From an uncultured beta proteobacterium (GTDB lineage: Bacteria; Pseudomonadota; Gammaproteobacteria; Burkholderiales; Burkholderiaceae_C): DNA of 64,000 bases. Below, one piece after another: positions 63,935-64,000 of this stretch; position 1 is the stretch's first letter, and every line of letters starts with the position of its first letter. The DNA is taken from contig CAIJPE010000074.1 in assembly GCA_903822435.1 (NCBI GenBank), positions 2,510 through 66,509 of the forward strand. The letters are read 5' to 3'. A model generated the notes under the pieces. That model searched no databases and had not been told where the DNA came from. It saw only the letters and a program-made list of their open reading frames with translations. The position numbers were made by a program, and so were the translations under genes.

Positions 63935-64000
63935 GGGTTGTGCAGGTTGGATGGCGGGCAGCTTAAGGTGGGCTCGCCCGCGGGTCTTGCGCCCATTGGC

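Noticed and set aside
1-64000. Scan for rRNA, tRNA, CRISPR arrays, IS elements, integrases, toxin-antitoxin pairs and known anti-phage defence genes
   Set aside because: By eye I found no cloverleaf-like or rRNA-like conserved stretches, no regularly spaced direct repeats, no DDE/tyrosine-recombinase-like ORFs and no recognisable defence-gene domains. The STAND ATPase carries a DNA-binding SARP head rather than an effector. A tRNAscan, Infernal or defence-finder run would be needed for certainty.

Overview
A 64-kb, very GC-rich chromosomal segment. The gene families and the PEP-CTERM cargo proteins suggest a Burkholderiales-type betaproteobacterium, but that assignment is an inference. I support about 52 protein-coding genes. 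I saw no rRNA, tRNA, CRISPR array or intact IS/transposase. The high GC produces many long spurious antisense ORFs in the six-frame track, and I rejected those.

Supported blocks, in order:
- A multi-PAS sensor gene, truncated at the left edge.
- An ECF sigma / zf-HC2 anti-sigma / S8 subtilase operon, followed by a PEP-CTERM protein.
- A LysR regulator with a DabB-DabA inorganic-carbon pump.
- Several uncharacterised genes: EF-hand, eRF1-like, TPR/Gly-rich, and a tandem DUF3892-like protein.
- An alkylsulfatase, an ABC-2 exporter pair and MsrA.
- A complete soluble NAD-dependent formate dehydrogenase locus: LysR, OFA-type MFS transporter, fdsG-B-A, fdhD, fdsD.
- A visibly more AT-rich accessory patch at 28.2-33.0 kb with gene remnants and a second PEP-CTERM protein.
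- A CysK-like enzyme.
- A partner-switching module (RsbW-like kinase, STAS, CHASE2-PP2C phosphatase) with FecR/OmpA accessories and an embedded MBL hydrolase.
- An SPFH operon with a divergent two-component system.
- DLH, MFS and AraC genes.
- Atu-like genes (AtuA, acyl-CoA carboxylase alpha and beta, enoyl-CoA hydratase) split by an 8-kb block. That block encodes a 1221-aa ZU5-like / Ig x5 / NHL lipoprotein and a SARP(BTAD)-STAND-TPR regulator.

The leads I consider most interesting:
1. The sigma-less, CHASE2-wired partner-switching module.
2. SARP-style heptad direct repeats placed 8 nt upstream of a -10 box in front of the giant lipoprotein gene.
3. An anti-sigma factor whose periplasmic domain resembles a subtilase propeptide and is translationally coupled to an S8 protease.
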